Below, piece after piece: positions 49,179-60,270 of a stretch of DNA of 64,000 nucleotides. The DNA is from Lepidodermella squamata (Eukaryota; Animalia; Gastrotricha). The notes under the pieces are model-generated. The model did no database searches. It was not told where the DNA came from and saw nothing but the letters and a program-made list of their open reading frames with translations. Position 1 is the stretch's first letter, and each line of letters starts with the position of its first letter. The stretch lies in contig JBLDXI010000024.1 of NCBI GenBank assembly GCA_047495785.1, forward strand, positions 1,364,001 to 1,428,000, given 5' to 3'. Made by a program: the position numbers and the translations under genes.

Positions 49179-49344
49179 GATCAGTAATAGCAGTACGGCG
49201 ATTTTTACTATAGCCGTTTGGTATAAATATACGCAATTTGCGATCAGTAATGGCAGTACGGCGATTTTTACTATACCCGTTTGGTATAAATATACGCAAT
49301 TTGGGGATGAGTAATAGCAGTACGGCGATTTGTACTATAGCCGC
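49179..49344 (+). repeat. Subterminal tandem repeat, 63-64 bp unit, about 2.6 copies
   Basis: Units start at 49179, 49242 and 49306 (gatcagtaatagcagtacggcgatttttactatagccgtttggtataaatatacgcaatttg). Confidence 0.9.
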
Positions 49345-49609
49345 TTCTTGTCAATATACCTTCGTTTTAACCCACTGCTATGATTTCACCTAACTAAAAT
49401 AAACAAATCTTCGTTTTTTCACCTGTTATGAGCTAAACTAATCATTTTTACACTGCTTCTTTAGTGCAGCTGCAATAGAGCCCTTTTTCATTCACACAAA
49501 CACTTTTTATTAGTCTTAACGTTTCAAGCAATGAATTTATAGCTGGGATAAGTCTTATCAGTTTTTCTATTCATTTGTTCAGAGATTTGTAGCGGCTTGA
49601 TTGGAGGGG

Positions 49610-50113
49610 TTAACGTCCAGATGAACCGAATCCGTTATCGCCACGGGTCGAATTTGCTGCTAGAGCGTTTTTCAATGGCCCCGTTACCGTTACTGCAGAT
49701 TCTAAGCGACCATATTTTAAACACACCAACTGGGTAATACGGTCGCCTATTTTAATCTTGTAAGGTGTTTTGCTGTTGTTTGCAAGGCAGACTACGATTT
49801 TTCCGGTGTAGTCGGCGTCTTTAATTCATGAAAAATACAGATATTCATTAGTAATTTTCATTATTATTTGCTTCTTACCTATTACTCCAGCGACCGTATC
49901 GATTCCATGGTTGATGCTCATTCCTGATCGACTGAATAGTTGTCCATAATATCCTCGTGGTAAACAGATTTTAATATCAGTTTGAATCAGTCCCCTGGTT
50001 CCAGGTTGCAGTGTCGTCTCTTCTGCTGAATAGATGTCCCAACCCACAGAGCCTTTAGTATGCTTTGTCGGTTCTTTAGCTTTGTTACTTGTTAGCTCTA
50101 CCTTCAGCTTCAT
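49610..50113 (-). CDS. DUT: dUTPase, 2 exons (intron 49819-49878)
   Basis: Motifs GWDI, SRSG, GVI|DADYTG (spliced), GDRITQL, RGDNGFGSSG. Confidence 0.93.
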
Positions 50114-50547
50114 ATTTTATAATTTATATTGTTACTGAGGTTCGATTTTTATGTGAGCGGCTACCTCCTTTCAGGCATATTGTTTTTGTAATTCAATCTT
50201 CCTTAAAAATGCATTAGGGCCTTTAGCTCTGTTGACCCCTCAGTGCTGGCTTTAATGCTTTTCATCAAAGATTCTTGGTATTGTATACATCCTCCTTAAT
50301 TGCTGTCGGTAATTCAATAAGAAAACATCATGTCAATAAATCTTATACATCCTCCCTAATTAAACAATGCGATTTTTTACTTATCAAAATAAAAAGCAAT
50401 TAGGATTTTTTACCCTTTACGGTGTAATTACCTTAAACAATTCAAACAAAACATCTCCCTGTTTTTTCCTTTTATGGAAATATCACTCAGACTATTTAAG
50501 AGAGATGCTTCAAGAATACACTTAGCATATTTCTTGAAGCAAGCTGG

Positions 50548-51312
50548 ATGCATCCTAAAGTCTACCATTTCGGCATAGTCGGCAACATTGGGGCGTAAGT
50601 CTCATATACTCCACCGAATAGAATTCTATTTAAAGTCTCTTGTTTTAGCGGGAAATCAACCTTAATCGAGGGTCTCACTAATCTACCTTCACTCAACCGT
50701 AAACTTCAGGGATATACCGCGTGGCCAATTTGCGAGCCTGTTCATCGTTGGGAGTCCTTTACTGATGACGATAAAACTAACATTTTGAAAGATTACTATC
50801 AGATGAAAAATGCGTTCAACTTTCAAATTGTAGCCACGAGTGATATGTGCGGCCTTTATTCAGCCCCTAACCACAAACCTGAAATCTACGGGGCGCATAC
50901 TATCGTTCTGCATGATCGAACGCCCTTCTGTTCTAAAAACGTCTTTATCCCATGTGCGTATGCATCCAAGCGCATAAATTCTATCGAATATCACGCTCTC
51001 ATGAATTTGTATGATAATTTCGAGCCGAATTTTGTAAAAACTGAAGCTATTATTTACTTGCGCTCCTCTCCCCAAATAGCTTGTCAAAGAGCCGTAGCTA
51101 GAGCTCGGGGTTCTGAAATGCTATTATCACTGGATTATTTACGCCTCGTACATGAGTTTCATGAAAAAATGTGTACTGTTGAGACTACAAACAAATCCCT
51201 ACCATGTCCCGTGCTTGTTATCGACACTGATAATTTGAATGCCTCTGAGGTTCTAAAGCAAGCTTCTCAGTATGTTGCCTCTCTTATCACGCCTGTAATC
51301 TCTCAGACTTGA
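50548..51312 (+). CDS. Deoxynucleoside kinase (dNK/dCK/dGK/TK2 family), 2 exons (intron 50595-50648)
   Basis: Spliced P-loop GNIGA|GKST, EPVHRW, FQ, DRT, IIYLRSSP..RAVARARGSE, YLRLVHEFHE. Confidence 0.9.
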
Positions 51313-51322
51313 ATCCTCATTG

Positions 51323-51685
51323 ATGGATCCAACAAGACTTGTGCTCTCGAACAGCCAGATTTTAGACGCTGAATCTTTGCAATGTCCAATTTGTTTATCT
51401 ATCCTACTTAATCCTATTCAAACGCGCCCCTGTGGCCATTTATTTTGTACTAAATGTGTTCTCGCTATTTTTCAAAATTCAGCTCGAACAGTATGTTGCT
51501 GTCCACTTTGCCGCGAATCATTAACAGGGAAAGATTTCGTTAAACCCCCTGTAATTTTATCGAACATTATCTCGAATTTGATTTACAAATGCCAATATTC
51601 TGATAAAGGCTGTCCCATTACTCTAACTTATGACCTCATTTTTGGGCATGAAAAGTTATGCCAATATAAAGAACCCATCCCTTAA
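51323..51685 (+). CDS. C3HC4 RING finger protein with TRAF/SIAH-type zinc finger (putative E3 ligase)
   Basis: CPIC...PCGHLFCTKC...CPLCR followed by CQYSDKGC...HEKLCQY. Confidence 0.88.
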   Translation: MDPTRLVLSNSQILDAESLQCPICLSILLNPIQTRPCGHLFCTKCVLAIFQNSARTVCCCPLCRESLTGKDFVKPPVILSNIISNLIYKCQYSDKGCPITLTYDLIFGHEKLCQYKEPIP

Positions 51686-51727
51686 AGTTTTACATTCTTA
51701 TTTCATTAGATTTAATTTTCAATAATC

Positions 51728-52249
51728 ATGGCTGAGGCGATAGTAGAATCTGCTAACCAGACAGTCAATCATCACATGTCTAGTAACTTGGTCATTCAAC
51801 AGCATCCTCAGGATTCTAATCTCATCTACATAATGACTGATCGCAAAGATAAGAACGATAAGCCTAAAAAACTCGCCTTTAGACAAGACGAATTTCTTAG
51901 CCAGTTCGTTCCTTATTTTCGACCGCCGAATGATGCTTGGGTTGCTCAGGCTCAACTTGCCCTGCTATCTCACAACACAGGCTTTAAATTTTCGATGCAT
52001 GAATGCAAAATTGAAGTCTGTGTCTTTGTGCCATCATTTTCACCGATTCTTATAGATATACGCAGGTTTTATCTGGATGCTAAAGGTATTTACTTCAAAT
52101 TTACAGTAATAGCAATCTTTTTATGATTTAACTTTTTAGGAAATAAACAACCCTCAAGACAAGGAGTCTCTCTTGATGCAGCTCAGTTTCAAGACCTTGC
52201 AACTGGGGTGTTAACTGTTGCAGCGATGATTGAAACAGCCAATGAATAA
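51728..52249 (+). CDS. PC4/Sub1-like ssDNA-binding protein, 2 exons (intron 52086-52139)
   Basis: Spliced LIDIRRFYLDAKG|NKQPSRQGVSLDAAQFQDL parallels the PC4 core (IDIREYW...KPGRKGISL..EQW..L). Confidence 0.82.
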
Positions 52250-52435
52250 GCTAACACAAAACTTGACTAAAATGACTTACTGAATATTTATTTCAATCTA
52301 TCCTTGTAATAAAGTTTTACCTCTTCCCAAATTCGATCAATTTTAAATTTTTAATCTTAGATTGTTATGGATAACTATAGTTTACAATACTCATTTATTC
52401 GAAGTAATCGCCTGATTCATTCTACAAAATTCAAA

Positions 52436-55400
52436 ATGTTTTCTGTGGAGTACTTCATTCAGCCCGTAACATCCGACTTTGCCTCAACCTACATCAACAG
52501 ATATGGCCAATCTTCTAGTTCGCTTGGGCCGATGATTCAATTGTCTGGTGGCGCTGATGAACCTCGACTGGATAATATTCGATCATTTGTGCAGAACGTA
52601 CCAGCCGACCAGGTGGCTAATATTGATTTGGAGACCCGCTTCAATATTCTGGCCAACTTCCTGTTCGATATTGTTGTAAATATCCATCGTGATTTACCTG
52701 TGAATTCCTTCTGCCGGCTAACACTGTACCACCCCGACTTGAAGATGCCTCTTAGCCTACCCTTCATGAAACGCGATCGGTTGCTGGAAATTTCAATTTT
52801 TGATCAACTGAGAAAAATATTACAGAGTAATGAAGAACTCTCATTTGCTGGTCGGTGGACAATTCGTCTCTGTGTCATTGATAACCCCAATGCAGATCTA
52901 GGTCAAATTGTTGGTGGTTCTCGGGCAGAGCGGGCTATAAACGAAACTTTGGACAAATTTTTTCTTCGCTCCAAATCGATCGTTAGAATCGGAGCGCGCA
53001 AGAATGAAACGAACAATCTTTGCATGGGCAGAGCTCTCATCACTGGAGTGGCTTTGGCTCACATGAAGGCGAATCCTACGGATCCATCTCTTCAAGCAAC
53101 CTTCAAATCGATACGTAGTACGCGAACCAATCGTCAATTTCGCGAAGCCACGGCGCTATATCAGAAAGCGGGCTTACCTCTCAACCTTCCAGCCTACAAT
53201 CTAGATGATCATTACTCAGCCCTGTGTTCGGCTATCGATCCTGAACATAATACTTACAGATTCGTAGTATACTCGTACGAATCACAGGATGTTATTAGGG
53301 AAATCCCAGAATTTGATCATCGCGTAAGCCTTGGGTTGCTTCCTGTTGTTCTACTGGTTTATCGCAACGACGTCTCTCAGCCCAACAGTCATCATTTTCA
53401 TGTCATTGCGAATCTCAACTTTATGAAGGCCACTCTTAGCAATGCACAACGAATATGCCCCACTTGCTTTCAGACGAAAACGAGTACGGCTGTGCACAGA
53501 TGCAAGTTGGCATGCTCTTCCTGCCGTAATTTTTACATGAAAAACCTGAATTTCACTTCTTTTATCATTAATATTATTTTAGGTGTATCAGGGAGCATTT
53601 GCCGTGTGATTTCCAACACAGACCAACAAAACTACACGCGGTGTCCGCAATGTCGTGCAGGTCTGATGTTTTTAACCTTTTCATTATTATTCAGCTCTTT
53701 TTATGTTTTTAGTTTTGTATAGCGAACGTTGTAAGCAAAACCACAAATGTGCTAAAAAGAATCCATGCTTTAAATGCGGGAGGAAATTTGTACATTTTCT
53801 CAAGCATGAGGCTATGTGTCCCGGGCGGCGCTGTCACATTTGTCAGGAGCCTTTGAAAGCCAGCGACGAAGAAAATGGCACACACTTCTGCTTCATGACT
53901 CCCTTGGTATACTCATTTTTTTCAGTCCAGCTTTTTTCAAAATACTGTGGTTGGTGTATTTTTAGCCCTTGAAACCGGCGAATAAACTGGAACGTTATCG
54001 TAACCTAGTTTTTTGGGACACTGAGACATTTTCGCCATCACTTGCTGATAACAACAATGAGTTCCAAGTATGCCTTATCGTTGCAAAGGTCGTATGCATA
54101 CCTCACTGCATCGAAGCGAGGATTCAGCGATGCCATTCTAGTTGTGGACTTCATATTTTTTATGGAAGTCGTCCTCTGGAGGATTTCGTAAACTGGGTGC
54201 TTCTACCTATGAATTACCAGTCGATTTATTTGGCTCACAACTCAGCCAATTTCGATTCCTTATTATTACTGAAAGAAATTCAAACACGATGTTCTAAAGT
54301 GAAGATTCTTCAAAGGCAGGGATCTCTACTATGCATTGATTTCAAACAACAAAAAATCAGATTTTTGGATTCATATCTCTTTTTTCAATGCAGATTAAGG
54401 TAGGTTACCTAAGAAACACTAAGAAACTACATTGCTTACAGGTATTTGTTCAACAACAGGGATTTACCAGCAACAATGGGAATCCCAGACAAGAAAACCT
54501 TCTTTCCTTACGTCTTATGCACTAAAGAAAAGTAAGTACATCATCAACTTCTTGAGCTATTGTGATTGAATTCGCTGTAATCCTTCGAGTTTCAATCTCG
54601 AATTCCCACAGCTGCCTAATATGATCTACTATGAGCCTGACAAAATGTCTCCTTCTGAAAGAGCAGAATTTCTAACTTTCTACAACGAAAACAAACTGAA
54701 ACGGTTCAGTGTTCGCCACACGTTACTGCAATACTGCATACAGGATTGTCTAGTTTTGGAAAAGGCGTCAATCAAATTTCGGGCGCTAATGCTGGAGTTG
54801 TGTTCTACTGATGCCTTTAAAGAATGCATCACACTAGCTTCTCTCACAAGCACATGCTTCCGCAAGCTGTTTCTTACGAAGGATACATTACCTGTCATCC
54901 CGACCGCTGGCTACTGTGGCAAGGATTCACACAGCAGGCTCTCGATAGCTTTTCTTCAATTTCTGATGGAGTCTGACCCTGAAACTTATGGTTCAATGAA
55001 ACACGCTCAGAACTCACGTCAAGAAGTTCGAATATCTATACCTGGCCACCGTTATCCTTATCGCGTCGACGGTTTTGTTGCACGTCGTGATAAAATTCCG
55101 AGTGAACCCGATCTGATTGTCGAGGTTCATGGTTGTGCTGTCCATGGCTGCTTGCAATGCTTTGAGGCCTCACAACTAAATTTTCTATCTGGACAACCAA
55201 ACGGCGTAGTTTACAAGCAAACCTTGGAACGTGAAGAGTTGTTTCGCTCGAATGGTTACATTCTTCAAAGCTTTTGGGAGCATGAAATTAGAGCTAGTTT
55301 CAAACAACACCCGAGAGCACAGGAGATTTATGATAATCTCACAATAGCTAATGTAATGGAGAGCCGTTCGTTTTTCTTTGGAGGTAACTGGAGGTTTTCC

Positions 55401-57222
55401 CTATTTAATCTTCGCGGGATTAAAACATCATGCCTACTTTTTAGGGCGGGTCGAAGCTTTTCGTTTAATGGCTATGATTGCCGAATCACACTCAACTTCA
55501 GGCGACCAAAATTTGGAAAAGATTGCTCAAATTTGTAAGGAAAGCGGGATGCAAACCAAGGACTTCTTATTTCCATCGCCCGATTATTCTATAATTTCCG
55601 CCGACTTCAACTCGTTATATCCAAGCTGTATGATGGATGGCTACTATGCAATAGGACCACCTAAAGTATCCACCTTGGATCTCAGATTAAACAACGAGAA
55701 ACTGCAGGAGATTTATTCAAAGGAATCTTTTTTTGGTGTCGTACAAGCACGCGTAAGCTCTTCGCATCTACATATCGTCTCCCTGCTTTCATCATCACCA
55801 CATTATTTTGCTAGGTATTAGCGCCGAAAAACATCTGGCTACCTGTACTCTGCTTTCGTAGTAAACAAAACAAGCTCGTGTTCTCATGTTGCTATGCTTG
55901 TTCGTCGACTGCAAATCCAAACTTGTGCGTTTCAAGCCGTGAATGCACCCATTCTGATTATGAAAGGTCCTGGATTGGTTCGTATTGCTCTGTGGAACTG
56001 AAGTACGCTACAGATGTTCATGGCTACAGATTGCTGGAAGTCTACGAGGTTAATAATTTTGTTTAGCCAACTCATGCATGGCTTCTATCAAGTTATTTTT
56101 TTTAGATATGGGAGTTCAAGAAGAGCAATACAATTTTCAGAGATTTCATTAAAAGATTCACCATTTTGAAGGCCGAATCCTCCGGCTGGCCGCCAAACTG
56201 TGCTACTAGTGAACAAAAAGCACAGTATTTGGAGCAATGGGAACGCATTGGTATAACGATTGATAGCACCAAGTTGGATAAAAAGAACCCTGGGTTACGC
56301 GCGATCGCCAAATTAGTTTTGAACAGCTTTTTTGGTCGATTTGCTATGAATTCTAATCTAGAGAGAACAGATTATATCAAATCCCCGTTTCTGCTTCAGC
56401 AAATGCTAAATAATCCAGCTTTGGAAATTGTGGATATTCAACCACTAGGCTTACTCATCAACTCTGATGATGTCTCTCGCTTGCGAATTGTAACACGGCC
56501 AACCAAAGATGCCGACGTTCCAAATGGATCCACCTCAGTTATAACAGCGGCCTTCGTAACAGCTAATGCTCGTGTGAAACTGGCTCGTGAGCTGTACCGA
56601 GTCGGCCCAAAAAGTGCTATCTACAGCGGTTAGAGAATAGCGCCGCTTATGCTACCAACATCTCTACGTTTTTTGTCTTTTGTTTTAGACACGGATTCAA
56701 TTTTTTGCCTTCAAGGGCCTGGAATTACTAAAATTGAGTTCACACCCGTTCTTGGCGGCTTGGCGGATCAGCTTGATACAGGGCAACGCATCATTGCAAT
56801 GGTTGTACTGGGCTGTAAGGCATATGCCCTACTTTTTGCTGACGGCAAAGCCAAGCTAATGTTAAAGGTAATTGCTACTTGTTGTTACGCCCTCTGTTTT
56901 TTATTATTTACGTCACGCGCAGGGAATACGTCAAAGTTTTCATTCACGCAGTCTTCTCGATTTTTTCTTGTTCATCAAGCATGTAATACAAAGTCTCCAC
57001 GATAACGAAACCAGCGGAAGCGGGGGCCGGGGTGATAACAACAAAAACAGCGTCATCGCTGAATTGGATCAGACTCAGTTTAAAAAAGTGCATACTCCGT
57101 TATCGGAAATTCATTGTGTTCATATAACAAAAAAGATTCGTTTAACCTATGATAAACGTTGGCTACGCCCCGGCGATGCTTCCTTTCTAACTTATCCACA
57201 TGGATATAGCGCTGATCAATGA
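52436..57222 (+). CDS. pPolB: Protein-primed family B DNA polymerase, about 11 exons
   Basis: ExoI FWDTET, ExoII AHNSANFD, FLDS, ExoIII YCIQD, VSR/endonuclease-like insert (VDGF..EVHGC..HGC..WEHE), FFGG|RVE, motif A DFNSLYP, motif B KLVLNSFFGRF, motif C YS|DTDS, K|GI, YDKR..TYPHGY. Introns: 53526-53582 (in frame, least certain), 53661-53712, 53907-53965, 54400-54459, 54532-54589, 55384-55444, 55753-55814, 56049-56105, 56629-56688, 56868-56922. Start at 52436 or 52367. Confidence 0.93.
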
Positions 57223-57229
57223 TCGATTA

Positions 57230-58381
57230 TTACATGAATAAACTCCAAAACCCTGTGCCAGCTTGAAACTTGTTGATTTTATTTATCTTACGCTGTGACG
57301 TTCTTCGGAAAAGTTTTCCAGGTGGTGATATTTGTGTTTGATCAGTCATAGAACGTGGCTTTCTACCGCGCTTTTGACCCTTCCGTGGCGTTGCCGCTGC
57401 AGTTGCTGCTCCAGCTAGCTCAATTTCCATCGGTTCAGCGGCAGCGGCTTCTTCTTGTCTTTCTGCTTGATTATCATCATTATCAGCACCATCTTGCAGC
57501 TCTTCACTATTGCTGCCGCTGCTGTCCTCATCGCCGCTAAACGAAGACGACCCTGCTGTTGTGTTGCTGTCTCGAGGGGCCTGGGGGGTGCGCGCGCGGG
57601 GGGTCCCTCCTCTCGTAGGCAGCTGCTCATCATTAGGCCGATCAACAACAACATCATCGTGGCTGAGGACGGTCGTGGCTGCAGCGCTAGAAGTCGATGA
57701 TGTTTGCGGGGCAGCGAATAGAAAATCCATTTGAAGATCATCAAATTCATAATTGCTGCTATTATCAGTTGAAGGTCGTGGCGTTGTATTAGGTGAAAAC
57801 TGCTGCTGAAAGCCGCCAATACCCGAATCTCTGTTATAGTTGTTATAGCTAGGCCCGGCCGCTTGACCAAAATTACTAGATGTTAATTTAGTAGGTTGTT
57901 GGCGCGCAAGTTGTTGTTGCTGCTGTTTTTTTGGAGGAGGAGGAGGAGGAGGAGAAGAAGCAGAAGGAAGCGGCGGCGGCGGCAGCGGAGGAGGAGGAGG
58001 AGGAGGAGGAGGAGGAGGAGGAGGAGAGCGCGGCCTCGATTCTGCTCGATCTGCTGGTGCAGGCGACATTGGAATAGCGGCTGGCGGCTGGCTACTGCCT
58101 TGTAAAACTACCAGCTTCTTCAAATTCATAATCTCATGCATGAGTTCGTTACGTTTTCGCACTAAATCGGCTGAATTATCACTACTACTAGCGTTGTTTA
58201 TCACATCCCGGTCTAAAGACTGTAATAGCTGCACTAGTTTGAAAAGCAGAGGATTGCTCAGCAATGTTTTAGCAGCAATCAAGTCGCTCGCGTTTGGTTG
58301 TTGTTGTTGTTGTTGTGCTGGAGTTGGCCCAGGTGTCGCAAGTGGAACAATAGTCATGCGCTGTGCATAGTTTCGCTGCAT
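57230..58381 (-). CDS. Polinton accessory protein, polyproline/low-complexity
   Basis: 383-aa ORF: coiled-coil-like N-terminus, poly-Pro encoded by (CCT)n at about 57933-58026, acidic segment, basic NLS-like tail. Confidence 0.7.
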   Translation of the reverse strand: MQRNYAQRMTIVPLATPGPTPAQQQQQQPNASDLIAAKTLLSNPLLFKLVQLLQSLDRDVINNASSSDNSADLVRKRNELMHEIMNLKKLVVLQGSSQPPAAIPMSPAPADRAESRPRSPPPPPPPPPPPPPLPPPPLPSASSPPPPPPPKKQQQQQLARQQPTKLTSSNFGQAAGPSYNNYNRDSGIGGFQQQFSPNTTPRPSTDNSSNYEFDDLQMDFLFAAPQTSSTSSAAATTVLSHDDVVVDRPNDEQLPTRGGTPRARTPQAPRDSNTTAGSSSFSGDEDSSGSNSEELQDGADNDDNQAERQEEAAAAEPMEIELAGAATAAATPRKGQKRGRKPRSMTDQTQISPPGKLFRRTSQRKINKINKFQAGTGFWSLFM

Positions 58382-58384
58382 AGT

Positions 58385-58798
58385 TTAGATTCGAAGAAGC
58401 CTCTTGAGTTCTGAATAATCAAACTTTAGCCTGGGTGCAAAGGATTTCAATACAGTGGGTAAAACTGCAAAAAAGGAAGCTTTCGAAGCCTTATTTCGCC
58501 TATTGTTCTTGTTGCTATTAAGGCAGTGTCGAATAAAAACTTGCCGGTTGTGCTCGACCAAATTGACACCTTTTTGTTTCAATTTAGCCAAATCAGGGGC
58601 CAGAACAGTACTAGTGCTGCGAAGCCAATACAAGGCGCAACGGCTAAGAAATCGTATAAGGCTAACAGAGCTAGTTGCTAAAATATCAGCACGCTGACCG
58701 GGGTGAGCATGCAATAACCATTTCAATGCAAGAAAAAGCCGCCGTTTTTTATCAAGACTGAACGATGGTGACGTTGCTGAGGTAATAACTTTATTCAT
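58385..58798 (-). CDS. Small basic Polinton protein
   Basis: LKWLLHAHPGQRADILATSSVSLIRFLSRCALYWL resembles the small basic ORF commonly found next to the Polinton ATPase; tightly packed on the same strand as its neighbours. Confidence 0.6.
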   Translation of the reverse strand: MNKVITSATSPSFSLDKKRRLFLALKWLLHAHPGQRADILATSSVSLIRFLSRCALYWLRSTSTVLAPDLAKLKQKGVNLVEHNRQVFIRHCLNSNKNNRRNKASKASFFAVLPTVLKSFAPRLKFDYSELKRLLRI

Positions 58799-58849
58799 TT
58801 AACGACGAAAATTGGGCGGCAATGAATCCTTTTATAATAGTACATATCA

Positions 58850-59693
58850 TCATTTCTTTGAGACTAAAATGTAAGCGTAACCAGGTTTACTACCGAAGCC
58901 ATTGCTCGAACGAATGCGGAGATTATCCGGAGTAGTTGCACAATTATCCAGTAGCAGTGGCGTGTGAGATGATTCAGCAGTTGCTTGGTTCAACGCTTCA
59001 AGAAGGCCTCGCCAGCCCATTGGGGAACGCCGTTGTGCATATGATCTAAAGCTTGCAGAGTCGGAAATGCAGCGAAAATAGAATAAATAGTTTGCATTTT
59101 GCTATAGAATAGAAAATACATAGAAGAAAAAACAATAATTTTCTGAGGCAAACCAGAATTTCCCTGCTATTTTTTGCTCGAGTAAACAAAACTTGTTGAA
59201 GGAGAATGGTTGTCGTATTCAAGTGCCGCCCTCCTAAAAAAAGCTGTACCAGTGTTTCGTCTTCAGTTAATAGGCGATACACGTCATCAAATACTAGGCA
59301 ACAGCGGGGCTGCGTCTCGTTATTGTCGTTGATATAATTTTTTAAGCTGAAGCTATCGCTACTGCTGTTTTTTGTGTCTGCTAAATTTACGAATTCAACT
59401 TTAATTTTGTGAACTTGCAATGCAGCATCGGCTATGTCATTGTAAATGGGTTGGAAAGTAGAATAAAAATAGACAATTCTCTCAAAAGGAAGTTCAAAAC
59501 TGAATGCATCCTGTAGGATTTGAAGCACCAGACTTGTTTTACCGCTCCCCGACCTGAAGATGAGTAAATTACACTAAAATATATTGACTTTTATTTCCAT
59601 CGTCACTTACGGCCCAACAATGAGAATTGTGCTAGGGTGAACAAAAGGCAAAGCTTCATTTATGTTGCCAGGGCAGCAGCGCAAATCACTCAT
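58850..59693 (-). CDS. A32/FtsK-like DNA packaging ATPase, 3 exons (introns 59554-59610, 59102-59153)
   Basis: HPSTILIVGP|SGSGKT Walker A (spliced), LVFDD Walker B, GGRHLN, LLQQ, REIL|QNANYLFYF. Confidence 0.92.
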
Positions 59694-59696
59694 CCT

Positions 59697-60260
59697 TTAT
59701 AATCTAACGTTACAGGGTTTTATTCTTTCAAGTGGTCTCATAGATAGACCATAGTGGGAATATAATGTATTAAATTTATGATAAAGTACACAGTCTTTTA
59801 TAAGCAAATTGTTCTTTGATCCAAGCTGATCAAAATGCCTCAAAATTTGGTGCATGTCTTTACCTCGCGCTCGAAGCATGCTGTAATATAGAGCCCATAA
59901 GCCGCAGATTTGTGAAAAAACATGCTGGTAAGACCTATTGCAATGAATGTACGGCACTTCTGTTTGGCTATTCGCTTTCAAAAAGTTGTCGATATAGAGG
60001 TTATGATAGGAAGGGGAAAGGTTAAGGCTATCGAAAAACTCACAGGGCTCATCAGGATGCTGTGCGCTGTGAACAAACAGTGTGACCCAGTGCTTTCCTG
60101 TAGAATTGTATACATTTCCTGTGTTACAGATAATCAATTGTGGATTATTTTTCACAATAGGAAGCTGCTGTGGTAGCTGATCAGCGGCTACAACAAAAAT
60201 GTCAAACTTTTTTAGTACTGGATCAATCCGGATGAAATCTTCCAATTCATTGTTGTACAT
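59697..60260 (-). CDS. Adenain-like cysteine protease (capsid maturation)
   Basis: ICNT...GKHWV, EFFDS, YQ....ICGLW provide the catalytic H/D/Q/C. Confidence 0.92.
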   Translation of the reverse strand: MYNNELEDFIRIDPVLKKFDIFVVAADQLPQQLPIVKNNPQLIICNTGNVYNSTGKHWVTLFVHSAQHPDEPCEFFDSLNLSPSYHNLYIDNFLKANSQTEVPYIHCNRSYQHVFSQICGLWALYYSMLRARGKDMHQILRHFDQLGSKNNLLIKDCVLYHKFNTLYSHYGLSMRPLERIKPCNVRL

Positions 60261-60270
60261 GAAAAACTGC

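Noticed and set aside
49179-49344. CRISPR-like array
   Set aside because: These are head-to-tail tandem units with no unique spacers, in a eukaryotic context at a Polinton terminus.
52367-57222. Reading the fragmented PolB ORFs as a decayed pseudogene or as programmed frameshifts
   Set aside because: Each break coincides with a 52-62 nt GT-AG segment whose removal restores the frame and conserved motifs.
57896-58105. Arg-rich protamine-like ORF on the + strand
   Set aside because: It is the antisense reading of the (CCT)n polyproline tract of the 57230-58381 gene.
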